A DNA stretch of 63,489 bases from an uncultured Candidatus Planktophila sp. (GTDB taxonomy: Bacteria > Actinomycetota > Actinomycetes > Nanopelagicales > Nanopelagicaceae): the NCBI GenBank assembly GCA_964576165.1, contig CAZNUC010000001.1, positions 1-63,489 on the forward strand. Direction: 5' to 3'. The notes below the pieces were generated by a model. It was not told the DNA's origin and ran no database searches. It saw only the letters and a program-made list of their open reading frames with translations. The position numbers and the translations under genes were made by a program. Each line of letters opens with the position of its first letter. The first letter of the stretch is position 1. Positions 60,045 through 63,489 of this stretch are shown here, piece by piece.

Positions 60045-60047
60045 GAC

Positions 60048-60977
60048 TTATCTCGCGCGCGGATGGGCGCTTGCATAACTCTGACGTAAGCGATCAATTG
60101 TTACCAAGGTGTATATCTGCGTCGTTGTCACAGACGAATGGCCCAGTAATTCTTGCACGACGCGAATATCAGCACCGCCATCCAGTAGATGAGTGGCGTA
60201 AGAGTGTCGCAGCGCGTGTGGGCTGACTTTGTTCTCAAGTCCGCACGATTTCGCCGCATGAGAAACAATTGTCCAAGCACTCTGACGAGAAAGCCGACCA
60301 CCCCGAGAATTGAGAAAGAGTGCACCATTATCGCTTTTTGCGTGTGCCACTAGCGCAGGTCGTAATCGAATCAAATAATTATCAAGGGCATTGAGTGCGA
60401 AGCTTCCGATAGGCACCACACGTTCCTTAGATCCCTTTCCACGGAGCTTTATCGTTTGAATTACTTCATTATCGCTTTCAACCTTCGCCAGATCGCTCAC
60501 ATTGATTCCAATGATCTCGGAAACCCGTCCTCCAGTTGAATACAAGAGTTCGAGGAGTGCCACATCTCGGAGCGCATTCACTCGACTCAAGGAAGTGCAG
60601 GCACCGATCAGTGAACTCACCTCTTCGATTGTGAGAGCTTTTGGTAACTTGCGGGCGATTCGGTGAGATGTAATTTCTCCGGTTGGAAGGTTAAGTGAGT
60701 ACTCGCGCGCACAATAGATAAGAAATGACTTCACTGTTGAATTTGTTCTGTTAATACTTGACGGCGATAACGATCGATCCCTCAGTGAGACCTCAAAAGC
60801 AACGAGGGTGTCGGGTGTAATCGACTCTATTGACTTCTTATTATCGTGAAGATAATCCAGAAAATATCTGAGGTCTCGCGAATAAGCCGAGATTGTGTTT
60901 TCAGAAAGACCACGCTCTATTCGAAGGTGATCAATAAATGCCGAATTGGTTGATTGAGGATCAAGGTTAGTAGCCAT
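60048..60977 (-). CDS. xerD: Tyrosine recombinase XerD
   Basis: ERGLSENTISAYSRDL, TGGRVSE, GKGSKER, HALRHSYATHLL, LGH, TQIY. Confidence 0.93.
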   Translation of the reverse strand: MATNLDPQSTNSAFIDHLRIERGLSENTISAYSRDLRYFLDYLHDNKKSIESITPDTLVAFEVSLRDRSLSPSSINRTNSTVKSFLIYCAREYSLNLPTGEITSHRIARKLPKALTIEEVSSLIGACTSLSRVNALRDVALLELLYSTGGRVSEIIGINVSDLAKVESDNEVIQTIKLRGKGSKERVVPIGSFALNALDNYLIRLRPALVAHAKSDNGALFLNSRGGRLSRQSAWTIVSHAAKSCGLENKVSPHALRHSYATHLLDGGADIRVVQELLGHSSVTTTQIYTLVTIDRLRQSYASAHPRAR

Positions 60978-62049
60978 GTGCAACGGCTACAGCTTCGTAC
61001 ATGATCTTTCCATCGTGAACATTCAGTCCTGCAGCAAGTGCATCATCCGAAGCGATCGCCTTCTCCCAGCCGTGAGTTGCAAGTGAGAGCGCGTAGGAAA
61101 GCGTTGCATTGGTGAGAGCGTAGGTTGATGTGACTGGAACTGCTCCAGGCATATTCGCAACGCAGTAGAAAATAGATTGGTGCACCGCAAACGTTGGTTC
61201 GGCGTGTGTTGTTGGTCTGGAATCTTCAAAGCACCCACCCTGATCAATTGCGATATCAACAAGCACGGAGCCAGGTTTCATCTCTTTTACTTGAGCATTA
61301 CTCACGAGCCGCGGAGCCTTGGCTCCGTGGACAAGAACTGCTCCGACAACAAGATCCGCACCCTTAAGTTCACGATCAATAGCGTGAAAGGATGAAGCGA
61401 GAGTCTTGATGCGTCCGCTGTAGAGCGAGTCAATATAGGCAAGTCGTGGGAGAGACCGATCAACAACTGTGACATCAGCCCCCATCCCCATTGCTATAAC
61501 GGCAGCACTTAATCCAGCTACTCCCCCGCCAATTACTAGAACTTTTGCAGGTGCAACTCCAGGAACTCCACCCATAAGAACTCCCCGACCACCGTTGGGC
61601 TTTTGTAGCGCACTTGCTCCCACTTGTGCGGCAAGTCTTCCCGCTACCTCGGACATTGGTGCAAGCAGCGGCAAAGTTCCGTTGAGCTCCACTGTCTCGT
61701 ATGCGATTGCAGTTGTTCCACTTGCAAGGAGAGCATCAGTGCAGGGTTTTGAGGCGGCGAGATGAAGGTAGGTGAAAAGAATCTGTCCCCGACGTAGCCG
61801 TGGGTATTCAATCTCAATTGGCTCTTTAACCTTAAGGATCAAATCACTTTTCTGCCAGAGCGCTTCAACATCTGACTCAATGCTTGCACCTGCTGCACTA
61901 AAATCTTGATCCGTTATTGCAGATCCAAGCCCAGCACCTTTTTCGATGAGAACAGAGTGTCCGGCGCGAACAAACTCAGCGACACCTTCTGGTGTGAGAG
62001 CTACGCGCGATTCATGGACTTTAATCTCTTTCGGTACTCCAACGAGCAT
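60967..62049 (-). CDS. ald: Alanine dehydrogenase
   Basis: GVPKEIK.HE.RV, FTYLHLA, MSEVAGR, DIAIDQGGC, VANMPG. Confidence 0.97.
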   Translation of the reverse strand: MLVGVPKEIKVHESRVALTPEGVAEFVRAGHSVLIEKGAGLGSAITDQDFSAAGASIESDVEALWQKSDLILKVKEPIEIEYPRLRRGQILFTYLHLAASKPCTDALLASGTTAIAYETVELNGTLPLLAPMSEVAGRLAAQVGASALQKPNGGRGVLMGGVPGVAPAKVLVIGGGVAGLSAAVIAMGMGADVTVVDRSLPRLAYIDSLYSGRIKTLASSFHAIDRELKGADLVVGAVLVHGAKAPRLVSNAQVKEMKPGSVLVDIAIDQGGCFEDSRPTTHAEPTFAVHQSIFYCVANMPGAVPVTSTYALTNATLSYALSLATHGWEKAIASDDALAAGLNVHDGKIMYEAVAVAHGY

Positions 62050-62051
62050 GT

Positions 62052-63489
<1,438 letters not shown>

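Noticed and set aside
60048-60977. Tyrosine recombinase as a prophage or ICE integrase
   Set aside because: Length, motifs and pyrG-ald-xerD-scpAB context identify housekeeping XerD

Overview
Core-chromosome segment of a small, streamlined actinobacterium (GC about 50% by eye, very short or overlapping intergenic spaces, mycothiol/PafBC/mIHF markers; most consistent with freshwater acI / Ca. Nanopelagicales, which is an inference). It holds about 58 housekeeping CDSs (pyr operon, mihF-gmk, rpoZ, coaBC, metK, priA, def/fmt/rsmB, his, mshC cluster, metH, pafBC-tatAC-helY, lnt-ppm1, gcvP/gcvH with the garA-ftsR cluster, cmk-der, scpAB, xerD, ald, pyrG) and one tRNA-Leu(GAG). I see no prophage, IS or CRISPR array. 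The window appears to span the replication terminus: a 28-bp dif-like site lies inside the last codons of ppm1, exactly where dominant gene orientation flips from + to -. Most notable observations: (i) a ParA plus ribbon-helix-helix-like partner pair, inverted and divergent from scpAB, about 2.3 kb from an AT-rich intergenic island with iterated TRTCGATA boxes, which together form a candidate terminus-proximal type Ib-like partition module; (ii) an in-frame mIHF-guanylate kinase fusion; (iii) clean absence of the Pup-proteasome genes from their usual locus while PafBC and a PAC2 protein remain; (iv) two structured intergenic RNA candidates; (v) pervasive leaderless -10 boxes, several built on the upstream gene's stop codon. 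All calls come from reading the sequence and ORF translations; no searches were run.
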